DNA of 64,000 nt from Candidatus Latescibacterota bacterium (lineage in GTDB: Bacteria > Latescibacterota > UBA2968): positions 4,544,001 through 4,608,000 of the forward strand of contig OZ242010.1 of NCBI GenBank assembly GCA_965204745.1. The letters are read 5' to 3'. A model generated the notes under the pieces. That model ran no database searches. It saw only the letters and a list, made by a program, of their open reading frames with translations, and was not told where the DNA came from. Both the position numbers and the translations under genes were made by a program. The stretch's first letter is position 1, and each line of letters opens with the position of its first letter. Positions 48,747-59,630 of the stretch are shown piece by piece.

Positions 48747-49247
48747 GGTTGTGTTGACATTTACGAGCCATGCAACTGGCTCGGTTTATCGAGAAAATCA
48801 AGCCCTATCTCAGAATATGCTCTCGGTCTGAGAAACTGGAACAGTCGCTCCTTCAGCATCCTCGCTTTTGCGACCACGCTCATCGTATTCACTGCCGTTC
48901 CGCAGTTCAAAGAAGGCATCCCAACAATGCCATCGCAAAACCCCCTCCGATCAAGCCATCACGCACAGCGCGCAAGTCCGTCTCGCAACCAATGTCCATT
49001 ATGCCAACCTACTTTGCAGGCTAGCGCATGTCGTGTGATTACAAAAGCGATTTGCGCTGTGCAAGCCTCTCGGCGTTTGAGAGCGGCATTTTTTGCCTAC
49101 TTTTTTTTGCTGTTGAAAAAAAGTAGGTCGCCGAAGGCATCAAAGGCAACCAACGAGGCTGTAGGACCAAACGCCTTAAATGAGCAAGAAGCAACACAAC
49201 ACAGTTGCTACTCTGTGCGTAAAAAAAAATGAAGTGTCAACACGACC
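48747..49247. mobile_element. Complete 501-bp MITE with 16-bp imperfect TIRs and TA duplication
   Basis: TA|GGTTGTGTTGACATTT...AAGTGTCAACACGACC|TA; no transposase ORF; lies between two co-oriented genes. Confidence 0.85.
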
Positions 49248-49275
49248 TAGCGCGGCGGGCGTTGATCGCTTGCTT

Positions 49276-50394
49276 TCACAATTTGCGATACAGTGCATCG
49301 AGGTGGGCGATCATTTTTTGGTGGGAAAAGTGTGCGCGGGCGTACTGCTCGGCTGCGCGTCCCATGCACTTGCGAAGCCGGGGGTTGGACAGCAATTTAT
49401 CTGTTGCGGAACACAGGGCGTCCACATCATTGGGCGGCAGCAACAGGCCGGTTTTGCCATCTTGCACGATTTCGGGGATGCCGCCGACTCGCGTTGCCAC
49501 CACCGGGACGCCGGCCGCCATCGCTTCCATCGCGGAAATGCCCGCGCCTTCAAAATCCGAACACGATACGAACACGTCCAAGTCCTTCAAAAATGCGCGT
49601 TTGTCCCGGCATATTCCCGAAAAAACAACGGGATTGCCCAGGGACGCAGACAGCCGGTGCAGGGCCTCGGCCGCCATCCCGTCGCCGGCGATTTCAAAAG
49701 AGACATCGGCATGGGTTTCGCGCAAGTGCCGCGCCATGCACACGAACAAATCCAGCCGCTTGATCGGGTAAAACATCGCCAAGGTTCCCACGCGGCGGCC
49801 CGTTCCGCGCTCGGCGGAGGCGAAAAAATCCACATCGATGCCATTGGCGATGACCTGAAAATCCTCGGGTGCTCCGAGGCGATAGGTCAGCAATCGCTGC
49901 TTCAGCGCGTCGCTCACGCAGACAAATCGATCCGTTATGCACGCGGTCACGCGCTCGGCACTGGCGTAGAACCAACTCTTCCACTTGGAAAAATATCCCT
50001 CTAACACATCGCCGTGATACGTGTGTACAATCGCGGGCACGCCGGCCAACCGGGCCGCGAATCGCCCCAAAATGCCGGCCTTGGACAAATGCGTATGCAC
50101 GACTTGCACGCGCTCCCGGCGCATCAGGCGGTAGAGATGCCAAAACGCCTTGAGGTCATGGATCGGATGGGGCGCACGGCGCAGCGCGGAGATGAGATGC
50201 AGGGATACGTTGAGCGCGCGCGCGTCTGCGATTAAATCCCCCTCGTTCTTTTCCGGCATGCCGGTCACGAGCGCGATGCGATACTGGTTTGGATCTAATC
50301 CGCCAATACCGGTCAAAACGCTTTGCGGCGCGCCCCCCACGGCCAAGCGCGTGATGATGACCATGATGCGGGTTCTCTTATCTGTTGGTTTCAT
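49276..50394 (-). CDS. Glycosyltransferase family 4
   Basis: GGAPQSV, VHTHLSKAG, NGID, EGAGISAMEAMAAG. Confidence 0.92.
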   Translation of the reverse strand: MKPTDKRTRIMVIITRLAVGGAPQSVLTGIGGLDPNQYRIALVTGMPEKNEGDLIADARALNVSLHLISALRRAPHPIHDLKAFWHLYRLMRRERVQVVHTHLSKAGILGRFAARLAGVPAIVHTYHGDVLEGYFSKWKSWFYASAERVTACITDRFVCVSDALKQRLLTYRLGAPEDFQVIANGIDVDFFASAERGTGRRVGTLAMFYPIKRLDLFVCMARHLRETHADVSFEIAGDGMAAEALHRLSASLGNPVVFSGICRDKRAFLKDLDVFVSCSDFEGAGISAMEAMAAGVPVVATRVGGIPEIVQDGKTGLLLPPNDVDALCSATDKLLSNPRLRKCMGRAAEQYARAHFSHQKMIAHLDALYRKL

Positions 50395-51347
50395 GGCTCA
50401 AACCGAAAAAATCGCAAGACCTTGCGCGTGCCCAAACAGCGGCGGCGTTGAATGGCGCGGCGTTTTTTTAGGGTTGCGGGCAACAATTTCAAAAAGTCGA
50501 GGTGCGCGCCCACAAACACGGGCAACCGATGCGGGATTCGCACGGCAATGCCGATCCAGTGCAACAACTCGCCCAACAGCAGGCACGGCAGAAGTACGAG
50601 GCCCTCGACGCAGGACGCATTTTTTGCGATGACCAAGTACCGATTTTTCCAAATATGGCGTTGCACGGCCGCGGGCTTGCTCAGGGTGCGGACCTTGCCG
50701 CCTTGGGAGCCGGAGCCCAGATGATAGGCCATGACCTCGGGCGCGAACGCGCATCGCCACCCGCGCAGTTGCGCCCGCCATGCCAGATCCACATCTTCCC
50801 AATACAAAAAAAAATCCTCGTCAAAAAACGAGTCGCCCTCGCGGATGTCATTCAGCATGTCGCGACGGCAAAAAAGCGCGGCGCCACTACCCGCAAAAAC
50901 AAATGCCCGCTCGGTCGTGTTGCGGCTGTTGACCACCTTTAACCACGGCTGCAACCACAGCCCCACATAGTCGATCTGATCCGTGTCGGCCTTGTAAATG
51001 CGGGCGGCGATGGACCCGATAGTCGGCTCCTGCTCAATCGCTTGCCGGGCGCGATACAAAAAATCCCGATCCAGAAACACATCGGTGTTCAGAATCAGGA
51101 TGTAATCGCTCGTCGTGTGGCGAATGCCCAGGTTGTACCCCCGCGCAAACCCCTCGTTATTGGGTCGCGCAATCAGTTGCACGCTCGGGTACCGCGTGCG
51201 GATCGAGGCGACGGATTCATCGGTCGAGCCATTGTCTATGACCACCACTTCATCGGGCCGTTGGGTTTGGGCAAAAACAGCGTCCAAACAGCGACCGATA
51301 AATGCCGCTCCATTCCAGTTGACGATGACCACGGCGATCTGTGTCAC
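50391..51347 (-). CDS. Glycosyltransferase family 2
   Basis: VIVNWNG, IDNGSTD, LNTDV, FDEDFFLYWEDVDL; start codon uncertain. Confidence 0.9.
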   Translation of the reverse strand: MTQIAVVIVNWNGAAFIGRCLDAVFAQTQRPDEVVVIDNGSTDESVASIRTRYPSVQLIARPNNEGFARGYNLGIRHTTSDYILILNTDVFLDRDFLYRARQAIEQEPTIGSIAARIYKADTDQIDYVGLWLQPWLKVVNSRNTTERAFVFAGSGAALFCRRDMLNDIREGDSFFDEDFFLYWEDVDLAWRAQLRGWRCAFAPEVMAYHLGSGSQGGKVRTLSKPAAVQRHIWKNRYLVIAKNASCVEGLVLLPCLLLGELLHWIGIAVRIPHRLPVFVGAHLDFLKLLPATLKKRRAIQRRRCLGTRKVLRFFRFEP

Positions 51348-51455
51348 CAAAAGACCTTTGCAATATGGGGTTTGAATCTGTCGAAAAGAATATGGCGAAA
51401 CCCCGGCCAAAAGTCAACCCGTTTGCAAACCTCGTCGCGCTTGACAGGGTAGATC

Positions 51456-52469
51456 GTGGGCGTTATTTTCGCAAAAATCTGCCATCCCAACCCATGGGGT
51501 TCCCCTTTGACCGCTTCCAACACAGGCACGGTTATCCGCCATCACCTCGGGCATTACGCGGTCCAAACCGAGGACCGCGTGGTCGCGTGCGCCCTGTCCA
51601 GTCGCTTGCGAAAACAACTCGAATATCCCGAAGCCGCGCCGGGGTCGCGCCGGCAGCGCGTGCAATCGGTCAGGCGGGTGCGCGTCATCGATCCGGTCGC
51701 CGTGGGAGACCGCGTGATTTTCGGTGAAGGTGCGGACAACACGGGGATGATCCGCGAGGTGTGCCCGAGGCGCAACAAGGTCTCTCGCCGTGCGTCAGGC
51801 GGGTCCCAAAAAGAACAACTCTTGGCTGCCAACGTCGATCAAATCGTGCCCATCCTGTCCGCACGCGAGCCCGATCCTGACTGGCACCTTCTCGATCGCA
51901 TGTTGGGCATTGCCGAGTGGCAACACGTCCCGGCAACCGTGTGCCTCAACAAACTCGACCTCGCCGATGAACCATGGGCGCATCGGATCATGCAACCCTA
52001 CGAGGCGATGGGGTATCCGGTGGTCTATACGAGCATTGTTTCCGGCGCGGGCAAAGACGCCTTTTACGACCTGCTTTGCGGGCGCACCACCCTTTTCATG
52101 GGCCCTTCTGGCGTCGGAAAATCCAGCTTGCTCAACTATTTGCAACCCGGCTTGCACTTGCGGACAGGCCCCATCAGCAAGGCCACGGGCGCGGGCACGC
52201 ACACCACGACCCACACGGAATTGGTCGCGCTCGACAACGGGGGCTTTGTCGGCGATATGCCCGGGGTGCGCGAGTTTTATCTTTTCGACATCCCGGCCGG
52301 AGATATTCCCCTGCTCTTTCGGGACTTTCACCCACATCTCGCGGCCTGCCGGTTTCGAGATTGCAACCACATCCACGAACCCAACTGCGCGGTCAAAGCC
52401 GCCCTCCATGCCGGCAACATCGCGCCCCAACGCTACGCGAGCTATCTAAAACTGCGAGAACGACCGTAA
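51456..52469 (+). CDS. rsgA: Ribosome small subunit-dependent GTPase A
   Basis: AANVDQ, NKLDL, GPSGVGKSSL, HTTT, DMPGVRE, CRFRDCNHIHEPNC; start codon uncertain. Confidence 0.93.
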   Translation: MGVIFAKICHPNPWGSPLTASNTGTVIRHHLGHYAVQTEDRVVACALSSRLRKQLEYPEAAPGSRRQRVQSVRRVRVIDPVAVGDRVIFGEGADNTGMIREVCPRRNKVSRRASGGSQKEQLLAANVDQIVPILSAREPDPDWHLLDRMLGIAEWQHVPATVCLNKLDLADEPWAHRIMQPYEAMGYPVVYTSIVSGAGKDAFYDLLCGRTTLFMGPSGVGKSSLLNYLQPGLHLRTGPISKATGAGTHTTTHTELVALDNGGFVGDMPGVREFYLFDIPAGDIPLLFRDFHPHLAACRFRDCNHIHEPNCAVKAALHAGNIAPQRYASYLKLRERP

Positions 52470-52529
52470 CGCCCCTGCCATAAAACGACGAAGCCCCGAC
52501 TCCAAACGAGCCGGGGCTTTTGCGTATTA

Positions 52530-52700
52530 GGCTGTGTTGACATTTACGAGCCATGCAACGAGATGGGATGGGGCGGTTTATCAAAAAAATCAAGCCCTAT
52601 CGCAGGATAGGCTCTCGCTTTGAGCAACTGGGACAGTCGCTAACTCGGCTTTCTCTGTTTTGTTGCATCGCCTAAAAACAAAATGTCAACTCGGGGGGTA
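52530..52700. mobile_element. Short (~170 bp) member of the same MITE family
   Basis: TA|GGCTGTGTTGACATTTACGAGCCATGCAAC as at 48747; degenerate right end AAATGTCAAC. Confidence 0.7.
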
Positions 52701-53010
52701 GCGCGTAGGTCAGCGGTTCATCGCCACTGGTCGCTTGCGGGAGCGTCAGGGACGCGATCTCTTGATTGACGAGATAGGGCTGTGCGGCGATGGTCGTATC
52801 GCCAAAGGTGGGCATCATATCCGGGACTTCAAGGGTGAACATGAGATGCACTTCATCGCCATTGCTGTCCGTGGTGGTCAGCGTGTAGGTCGGCTCGTCC
52901 ATGGCCTTGATCGGTGTGCCGGACTGTGCGAAGGTCGGCATCGGATCGGCTGTCACAGAGAGGATGAACATGAGATGCACTTCATCGCCATCTTCATCTG
53001 TGGCGGTCAG
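52695..53010 (-). pseudogene. Orphan Ig-like (He_PIG) module fragment homologous to about 40720-41160
   Basis: SGTPIKAMDEPTYTLT...PTFGDTTIAAQPYLVNQEIASLTLPQA is near-identical to part of the 36245 gene, with an internal deletion. Confidence 0.8.
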
Positions 53011-53021
53011 GGAACAGGCTT

Positions 53022-56000
53022 TCATTGGAAGTGGGAGTCGGGATGGAGGCTTCGAATGTAGGGTTCAATGGCTTGAGCGGTCGTGCGCGTAGCAGTTGGC
53101 TCGATGACGTTCCCTCTGAGGAGGGCCTCGTTCCGGAAGAAGAGGACGTATCGAATGATCAGGATTATATCCGAGAACAGCCTCACATCGCCATCGCCAT
53201 CCACATCGAGAATGTTCTGATTGACCAACGTGTCGAGGTAGGGTTCAATTTCTTGAGCGGTCTTGCGCGTGGCAGTTGGCTCGATGACGTTCCCTCTGAG
53301 GAGGGCCTCTTCCCGGAAGAAGAGGACGTATCGAATGACCAGGATTATATCCGAGAACAATCTCACCCGGCCATCGCCATCCACATCCAAGTTGGCACTC
53401 GGTGTTTCGTCATCGGTCAGGGTCAGGGTCACGGGTGCGGGTGCGGTGATGCCTTGGGCGTTGTTTGCGGTTGCAGACACGCTGACCGTCTTCTCGTCTG
53501 CCCGGTCGTCGTTGTCCGCTGCGGTGATCGTCACGGTGCCCGTGCTCGTTGTGGTCGTCGCCGCGATGATCAGGGTGTCTGCACTTGATAGCGTGAAGTC
53601 GCTCGCAGTCGCAGGGGACACAGGCGTAGCAGAGACCGTGATCGTCGTGATCGCGCTCGATGGATGCGATAGGGTCGCCGTGATCGTGGAAACCTCGGCG
53701 TTTTCCGAGATGGACGAGGGCATCAGCACCAACGTCACGGTCGGCGCATCTTCATCGTCGGTCGTCGTCACTGGAACATCCTCGTCCATAAGGGCGTCGT
53801 AGTTGGCATCGCCGCTTGATAGGGCGAGTCGCACCGCCCAGGTGACGTCCCCGTCGTCGATGGTGTCGTCCTGCCCGGTCACGGTCACGGTTTGTGCCGT
53901 GTTATAGCTCGCCGGCGCGAAGGTCAGCATCGCAGGCTCAACCCGCCCTTCGCTCGGGTCTTGGCTCGTCACAGAAATCGTCACCGCCGCCGAGGGTTGC
54001 GTCAGCAGGGCCACCGTGAAGGTCGCCGAGCCGCCGGCCTCTGTGGCCTGCCCGGTTATCGTGCTGATGTCCAAGCCGAAATCGTTATCGCGGTTGATCA
54101 TGTACACGCTGACAGGGGAGAGCGCGTCATAGTTGGTGTCCTGCGTATCCGTCTGGTTCACCGAAAGGGTGACCGTATAGTTCTGGTTGCCATCGACGTT
54201 GTTGGCGGGGGCATCGTCCTGTCCGGTCACGGTCACGGTTTGTGCCGTGTTCCATGTTGTCGATGAGAAGGTCAGCACCGAGGGCGATACAGTACCTTCC
54301 GTCGTGTCTGAACTGACCACCGAGAGTGCCACGTTCCCCGTCGGCTCGGAGGCGAGCGTGACCGTGAAGGTCTCTGCCCTGCCCGACTCTGTCGTGTGGA
54401 GCCTGACCGTCGTCGTGGTCATCGCCGACACCTCAATCGCCGCCTCGTCGTCATCGGTGATCGTCAGCGACGCAGCCTGCACGGTGCCAGCGCCGTGGTC
54501 GTTCTCCACAGCGGCGGTCTGCACCATCACCGCGTTGTCTGATGCGTCTATGTCGTTGTCCACGGCGGTGAGTGCCACCGTGTCCGTCGCGTTCGCCATT
54601 TGCCCGGCCGCGATGGTGATCGTCGAATCCGAACCCACCGTGTAGGCATTCGCCACCGGGCGCACCGTGATCGTCGTCGCCGCGCTCGATGGGTGTGTCA
54701 GCGTCGCGCTCACCGTGCTCACGCCGCCGGCCTCCGAGATGGACGCGGGCGACAGCATTAGTGTCACGTCCGGCGCGGCGTCATCGTCTGTGATTGTCAA
54801 AGCCGTGCCGGTCACACTGCCTGCGCCTTGGTCGTTGTTCGCCACAACGGACACGGTCACGTCGCGATTAGGCGCATCGGTCGCGTTGTCCACGGCCGTG
54901 ATCTCTACTGTGTCCGTCGCGTTCGCCGTGCTCCCGGCCGCGATGGTGATCGTCGAATCCGACCCCACCGTGTAAGCACCCGCCACCGGGCGCACCGTGA
55001 TTGTCGTGATCGCGCTCGACCGATGCGACAGCGTCGCCGTGATCGTCGAAACACCGCCGGTCTCTGCAATCGACGCGGGCGACAGCGTCAGTGCCACATC
55101 CGGCGCGGCCTCATCGTCTGTGATCGTCAGGGTCACGGCAGACGATAGCGACGCCCCATTGCCACCTGCCACCGTTGCAGACACGGTCACGCGCTTGTCC
55201 GGCGCATCGGTCGTGTCGTTCACCGAGGTGATCGTCACGGCGCCTGTGCTCGTCGTCACATTCGCCGCGAAGGTCAGCGTGGTCGCGGTCGATAGCGTAA
55301 AATCGCCCGCAACCGCAGGGGCCACCTCGGTCGCTGAAACCGTGACCGTCGTCGCCACGGTTGCAACGCGATCTAGCGTCGCCGTGATCGTGGAAATCTG
55401 GGCATTCTCCGTAATTGACGCCGGAGTCAAAACCAATGTCACCTGCGCCACTTCGTCATCGATAATCGTCAGCGTCGCATCAGTGACCGATCCCGTGCCT
55501 ATGCTGTTGCCCACCGTGCTCGACACGGTCACCGTCTTGTTCCCCGAAGATATGCTGTTGTCCACCGTCGTGATCGTCACGGTGCCCGTGCTCGTCGTTG
55601 CGCCCGCCGCGACGGTCAGCGTGGCCGGCGTACTCAGCGTGTAGTCGCCCAGAACCGCAGGCGACACAGCCGACGCTGAAACCGTGATCGTCGTCGCCGC
55701 GCTCGACGTGTGAGACAGGGTCGCGGTCACCGTCGAAATCGCGCCGTTCTCTGAAATCGACGCAGGAGACAAAACCATCGTCACGTCCGGCGCAGCGTCG
55801 TCGTCCGTCAGCGTCAAAGCCGCACCGGTCACACTGCCCGCGCCTTGGGTGTTGCTCATCACACCTGGCACGGTCACGTCGCGATTAGGCGCGTCTTGGG
55901 TATTGTTCACCGCTGTGATGACCACCGTGTCCGACGCGTTAATCGTGTCCCCGGCTGCGATGGTGATCGTCGTATCCGAACCCACCGTGTAAGCACCCGT

Positions 56001-59000
56001 CAATGGGCGCACCGTGATCGTCGTCGCCGCGCTCGATGGACGCGATAGCGACGCCGTGACCGTCGAAACCGCGCCGTTCTCCGAAATCGACGCCGGTGAC
56101 GCCGCCAACGTCGCTGTCGGTGCAGGGTCGTCGTCCTCCAGCGTCAAAGTCGCACCAGTTACACTGCCCGCGCCTTGGGCGTTGCCCGCCACAACGGACA
56201 CGGTCACATCGCGATTAGGCTCGTCTTGGGTGTTGTTCACCGCTGTGATGACCACCGTGTCCGTCGCGTTCGCAGTGCTCCCGGCCGCGATGGTGATCGT
56301 CGTATCCGCCCCCACCGTGTAAGCACCCGCCACCGGGCGCACCGTGATCGTCGTCGCCGCGCTCAACGGGTGTGCCAGCGTCGCGGTCACGGTGCTCATC
56401 CCGCCGCTTTCCGAGATCGACGAGGGCGTCAGTGCCAACGTCACTCTCGCGGGTTGGAACTGAAATTGCACGGTGGTGTCCATGCCGGCATACTTCAAGG
56501 CCGGATACTGATCCATCGCGCCAAAGGTCCACGGATCGTCGTTGCCGGCTTGTCCGTCGAGGTTGGCGTTCCAGTTGTAGTAGGTGTCGTTGGCGGTGGC
56601 ACCGTAGGTAGTAGGGCTTAGGAGATCGCTAGTCGTCTTGCCGACAACGCCGCTACCGCCTGCGCTGCTGGTCTGACCGCTGGTTGAGGTGTCCCAGTGG
56701 CTATCGGTCACTGTACCAGCCGAACTGCCCACCAAACCGCCTTTCGTGCCGGCACCCGTGACCCGTCCTATCGCGTAGCTGGCGGTCACGCTACCGCCGC
56801 TCGCGATTTGACCCACCAACCCGCCGCCCACCGCGCTGCTGTGTCCCGCGAACACAGAGCCCAGCGCGTAAGACGCCACCACCTCGGTCTGATCGGTCAG
56901 CCAACCCACCAAACCGCCGGCCAATCCGTCACTCGTCACAGATGCAGGAACGCGCACAGAGACGAGCGCGTAGCTGCTCACAATGCGGTTGGTGCCCGAA
57001 GTGCGATAAGACCGACCAACCAAACCACCCACACCCCACCGCGACCCCGAAACGCGACCCGTCACATAACACGACGAGATGGTGCCCCCACCACCTTGAT
57101 TACCGGCCAGACCACCCACGCGGTCAGCACCGGTCACATTCACATTCAACAACCCCAATCCCGAAACATCGCCATCAACCGCATGGAACAATCCTGTATT
57201 ATGCCGAGACCCCCGGTTGATGAACAGGTGGGAGATCGTCTTGTTGTTGCCTTTGAACGTGCCGCCGTAAGGCCCCACAGGGTTCCAGCCCGCGCCGCCA
57301 TTCCAGTAGGTGGCGTCTGCTTGGGTGATCGCGCCGTCGTTGTTCTCGTCAAAGTCCAAGTTGTTGAGCAGTTCGTAGCCGATGCAACCTGTGGAAGGGC
57401 AACCCTTGCTCGCTGACAAGTTCCCGTTGGGAAAGGCGGCGTTGTAGGTCATGGCATCACTATCGGCGACGACCCCATCGCCATTGAGATCCCAGCGCAT
57501 GGCATGCAGTTGGGCCAAGGTCGAGACCTCGAGGAGGCCATCGCTATCCGTGTCGTAATGCACGGGTTGGGTAGCGAACTGCGCCGTGGTGTCCAGGCCG
57601 GCAAACTTCAAGGCCGGATACTGATTCGTCGTGCCAAAGGTCCAGGGATCATCATTGTTGGCCCCCGAAGCATCTATGGTCAGATCGTCCCAGTTGGCAT
57701 AGATGCCACTCGCAGACGTGACCGATTGTAAGTCGGCAGTCAGTTTGCCCTCCGGCGCAACAGTATCGCTATCATCGGCAATGTCGCTTGTTTGCGTGTC
57801 CCAGTAGCTATCGGTCACTGTACCTGAGTTTTCCGCCAGCCCATGCTTGTGCAGGCAGGCCCCCGTTACTGAGCCTGTTGAGTAGCTCGACGCTATCGTC
57901 GCACCCGGACCATTGGCACCTACCAACCCGCCGCCAGTGGCCCACGGCCCCGACTGATTGCACACCACAGACGCCGTGGCGTAACTCGCCACGATGTACG
58001 ACCCCCTCTGAGCGGCGCCCACCAACCCGCCGACATTGGTGTTCGCCGTGACCGACCCCGTGACGTAACTCGCCGCGATCCGACCCTTGTTCAGACCCAC
58101 CAGCGCGCCCACCGTGCCCTGACCCGTATTGATCACCGCGTTGACTAACCCCAAAGAGCGGATGTGGGTAGTGGTGTCCGTGCTTGCGAAAAATCCCGAA
58201 AAGTTGACGTAGCGGTTGATGTACAGGTGGGAGATCGTCTTGCCGTTGCCCTCAAATGTGGCGGTGTATGGGGAGGTGTTGCTACTGCCGATGGGTGCCC
58301 AGCCCGCGCCGCCATTCCAGTAGGTAGTGTCTGCTGAGGTGATCGCGCCGTCGTTGTTCTCGTCAAAGTCCAAGTTGTTGAGTAGTTCGTAGCCAGTGCA
58401 ACCGGAAGGACACCCCATGCCCGAGAAGGCGGCGGGAAAGGCGGCGTTGTAGTTCATGGTATCAGTACTGGCGACGACCCCATCGCCGTTGAGATCCCAG
58501 CGTATGGCATTGAGTTGCGCCAAGGAGGTGATGTCAATCAGGCGGTCGTTGTCCGTGTCGTAGTCAGTGCCCGTCCGGCCCTGGGCGGACAGGGAATGAC
58601 CACCATACTTCAGTACCGGGTACTCGCTGCTGGTGCCGAAGTACCACGGATCGTCTCTGCCTTGGCTATCGCCGGTGTTGGTATTGCCATCCAAGTTCAG
58701 GTTCCAGTTGGCGTAGATGCCAGTATAGCCAGTGGGACTTTGGAGATTGCTGGTGCTCTGGCCGCTACCTCTTACCACAGACCCTGTAGTTTTTGAGGAG
58801 TCCCAGTAGCTGTCGGACGCGTTACCTCCGTCTTCGTCCCCGACTAATCCGCCGGGGTTACCGGTGGTGGTGAAGCTACCTGCGAAGTACGAATTTTTTA
58901 TAGTGGCATCGCCCAACAAGTTGCCTACCAAACCGCCGACTTGGCTATGGTTGGAGATGGATACAACAGATGCATGGGAGTAGCTAGTTGAGATACTTCC

Positions 59001-59630
59001 TGTGAGAAACTGGCCGACTAATCCAGAAATGTACGAATTGCCCGTCAGTGTGCCGGTGGTGTAGCAGGCGACGATTGTGCCGGAATTCTCGCCTACTAGA
59101 ATGCCGGATCTTGTTAATCCCCTAACATTGGCGTTGGTGAGGCCGAGGGTTTCGACGCGGGAACTGGATCCAAATTGATAGAACAGTCCGATCTTTTGGG
59201 TGGAGCCACGGTTGATGAACAGGTTGTCGATGGTGTAGCCGTTGCCCTTGAAATTGCCCGTGTAGGTACCACCTATGGGTAGCCATCCGGCACCGCTGTT
59301 CCAATAGGTGGCGTCTGCTGAGGTGATTGAGTTGTCGTTGTTCTCGTCAAAGTCCAAATTGTTGAGCAGTTCGTAGCCGGTGCAACCGGAAGGACACCCC
59401 ATGCCCGAGGCGGGGTTACTGAAGGCGGTGAAGTAGTTCGTAGAGTCGGTGCTCGACACAACACCATCGCCGTTGAGATCCCAGCGAATGGCGTTGAGTT
59501 GCGCCAAGGAGGTGATGTCAATCAGGCGGTCGTTGTCCGTATCGTAGTCGTTTTGGGCAAAAGCCGGCCCCGATGCCACCAGCATGCCCAACGCGACCAG
59601 GGCCAACAAGTGAGCGTAGCGGGAGGTCAT
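53022..59630 (-). CDS. 2202-aa surface protein: 3 GLUG-motif modules, Calx-beta/Ig-like repeats, duplicated C-terminal dockerin-like unit
   Basis: SGPAFAQ signal; AQLNAIRWDLNGDG; repeated VTLxLxPxSISE...DDD units; 2x LDVDGDGxVRLFSDIIL. Confidence 0.85.
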   Translation of the reverse strand: MTSRYAHLLALVALGMLVASGPAFAQNDYDTDNDRLIDITSLAQLNAIRWDLNGDGVVSSTDSTNYFTAFSNPASGMGCPSGCTGYELLNNLDFDENNDNSITSADATYWNSGAGWLPIGGTYTGNFKGNGYTIDNLFINRGSTQKIGLFYQFGSSSRVETLGLTNANVRGLTRSGILVGENSGTIVACYTTGTLTGNSYISGLVGQFLTGSISTSYSHASVVSISNHSQVGGLVGNLLGDATIKNSYFAGSFTTTGNPGGLVGDEDGGNASDSYWDSSKTTGSVVRGSGQSTSNLQSPTGYTGIYANWNLNLDGNTNTGDSQGRDDPWYFGTSSEYPVLKYGGHSLSAQGRTGTDYDTDNDRLIDITSLAQLNAIRWDLNGDGVVASTDTMNYNAAFPAAFSGMGCPSGCTGYELLNNLDFDENNDGAITSADTTYWNGGAGWAPIGSSNTSPYTATFEGNGKTISHLYINRYVNFSGFFASTDTTTHIRSLGLVNAVINTGQGTVGALVGLNKGRIAASYVTGSVTANTNVGGLVGAAQRGSYIVASYATASVVCNQSGPWATGGGLVGANGPGATIASSYSTGSVTGACLHKHGLAENSGTVTDSYWDTQTSDIADDSDTVAPEGKLTADLQSVTSASGIYANWDDLTIDASGANNDDPWTFGTTNQYPALKFAGLDTTAQFATQPVHYDTDSDGLLEVSTLAQLHAMRWDLNGDGVVADSDAMTYNAAFPNGNLSASKGCPSTGCIGYELLNNLDFDENNDGAITQADATYWNGGAGWNPVGPYGGTFKGNNKTISHLFINRGSRHNTGLFHAVDGDVSGLGLLNVNVTGADRVGGLAGNQGGGGTISSCYVTGRVSGSRWGVGGLVGRSYRTSGTNRIVSSYALVSVRVPASVTSDGLAGGLVGWLTDQTEVVASYALGSVFAGHSSAVGGGLVGQIASGGSVTASYAIGRVTGAGTKGGLVGSSAGTVTDSHWDTSTSGQTSSAGGSGVVGKTTSDLLSPTTYGATANDTYYNWNANLDGQAGNDDPWTFGAMDQYPALKYAGMDTTVQFQFQPARVTLALTPSSISESGGMSTVTATLAHPLSAATTITVRPVAGAYTVGADTTITIAAGSTANATDTVVITAVNNTQDEPNRDVTVSVVAGNAQGAGSVTGATLTLEDDDPAPTATLAASPASISENGAVSTVTASLSRPSSAATTITVRPLTGAYTVGSDTTITIAAGDTINASDTVVITAVNNTQDAPNRDVTVPGVMSNTQGAGSVTGAALTLTDDDAAPDVTMVLSPASISENGAISTVTATLSHTSSAATTITVSASAVSPAVLGDYTLSTPATLTVAAGATTSTGTVTITTVDNSISSGNKTVTVSSTVGNSIGTGSVTDATLTIIDDEVAQVTLVLTPASITENAQISTITATLDRVATVATTVTVSATEVAPAVAGDFTLSTATTLTFAANVTTSTGAVTITSVNDTTDAPDKRVTVSATVAGGNGASLSSAVTLTITDDEAAPDVALTLSPASIAETGGVSTITATLSHRSSAITTITVRPVAGAYTVGSDSTITIAAGSTANATDTVEITAVDNATDAPNRDVTVSVVANNDQGAGSVTGTALTITDDDAAPDVTLMLSPASISEAGGVSTVSATLTHPSSAATTITVRPVANAYTVGSDSTITIAAGQMANATDTVALTAVDNDIDASDNAVMVQTAAVENDHGAGTVQAASLTITDDDEAAIEVSAMTTTTVRLHTTESGRAETFTVTLASEPTGNVALSVVSSDTTEGTVSPSVLTFSSTTWNTAQTVTVTGQDDAPANNVDGNQNYTVTLSVNQTDTQDTNYDALSPVSVYMINRDNDFGLDISTITGQATEAGGSATFTVALLTQPSAAVTISVTSQDPSEGRVEPAMLTFAPASYNTAQTVTVTGQDDTIDDGDVTWAVRLALSSGDANYDALMDEDVPVTTTDDEDAPTVTLVLMPSSISENAEVSTITATLSHPSSAITTITVSATPVSPATASDFTLSSADTLIIAATTTTSTGTVTITAADNDDRADEKTVSVSATANNAQGITAPAPVTLTLTDDETPSANLDVDGDGRVRLFSDIILVIRYVLFFREEALLRGNVIEPTATRKTAQEIEPYLDTLVNQNILDVDGDGDVRLFSDIILIIRYVLFFRNEALLRGNVIEPTATRTTAQAIEPYIRSLHPDSHFQ

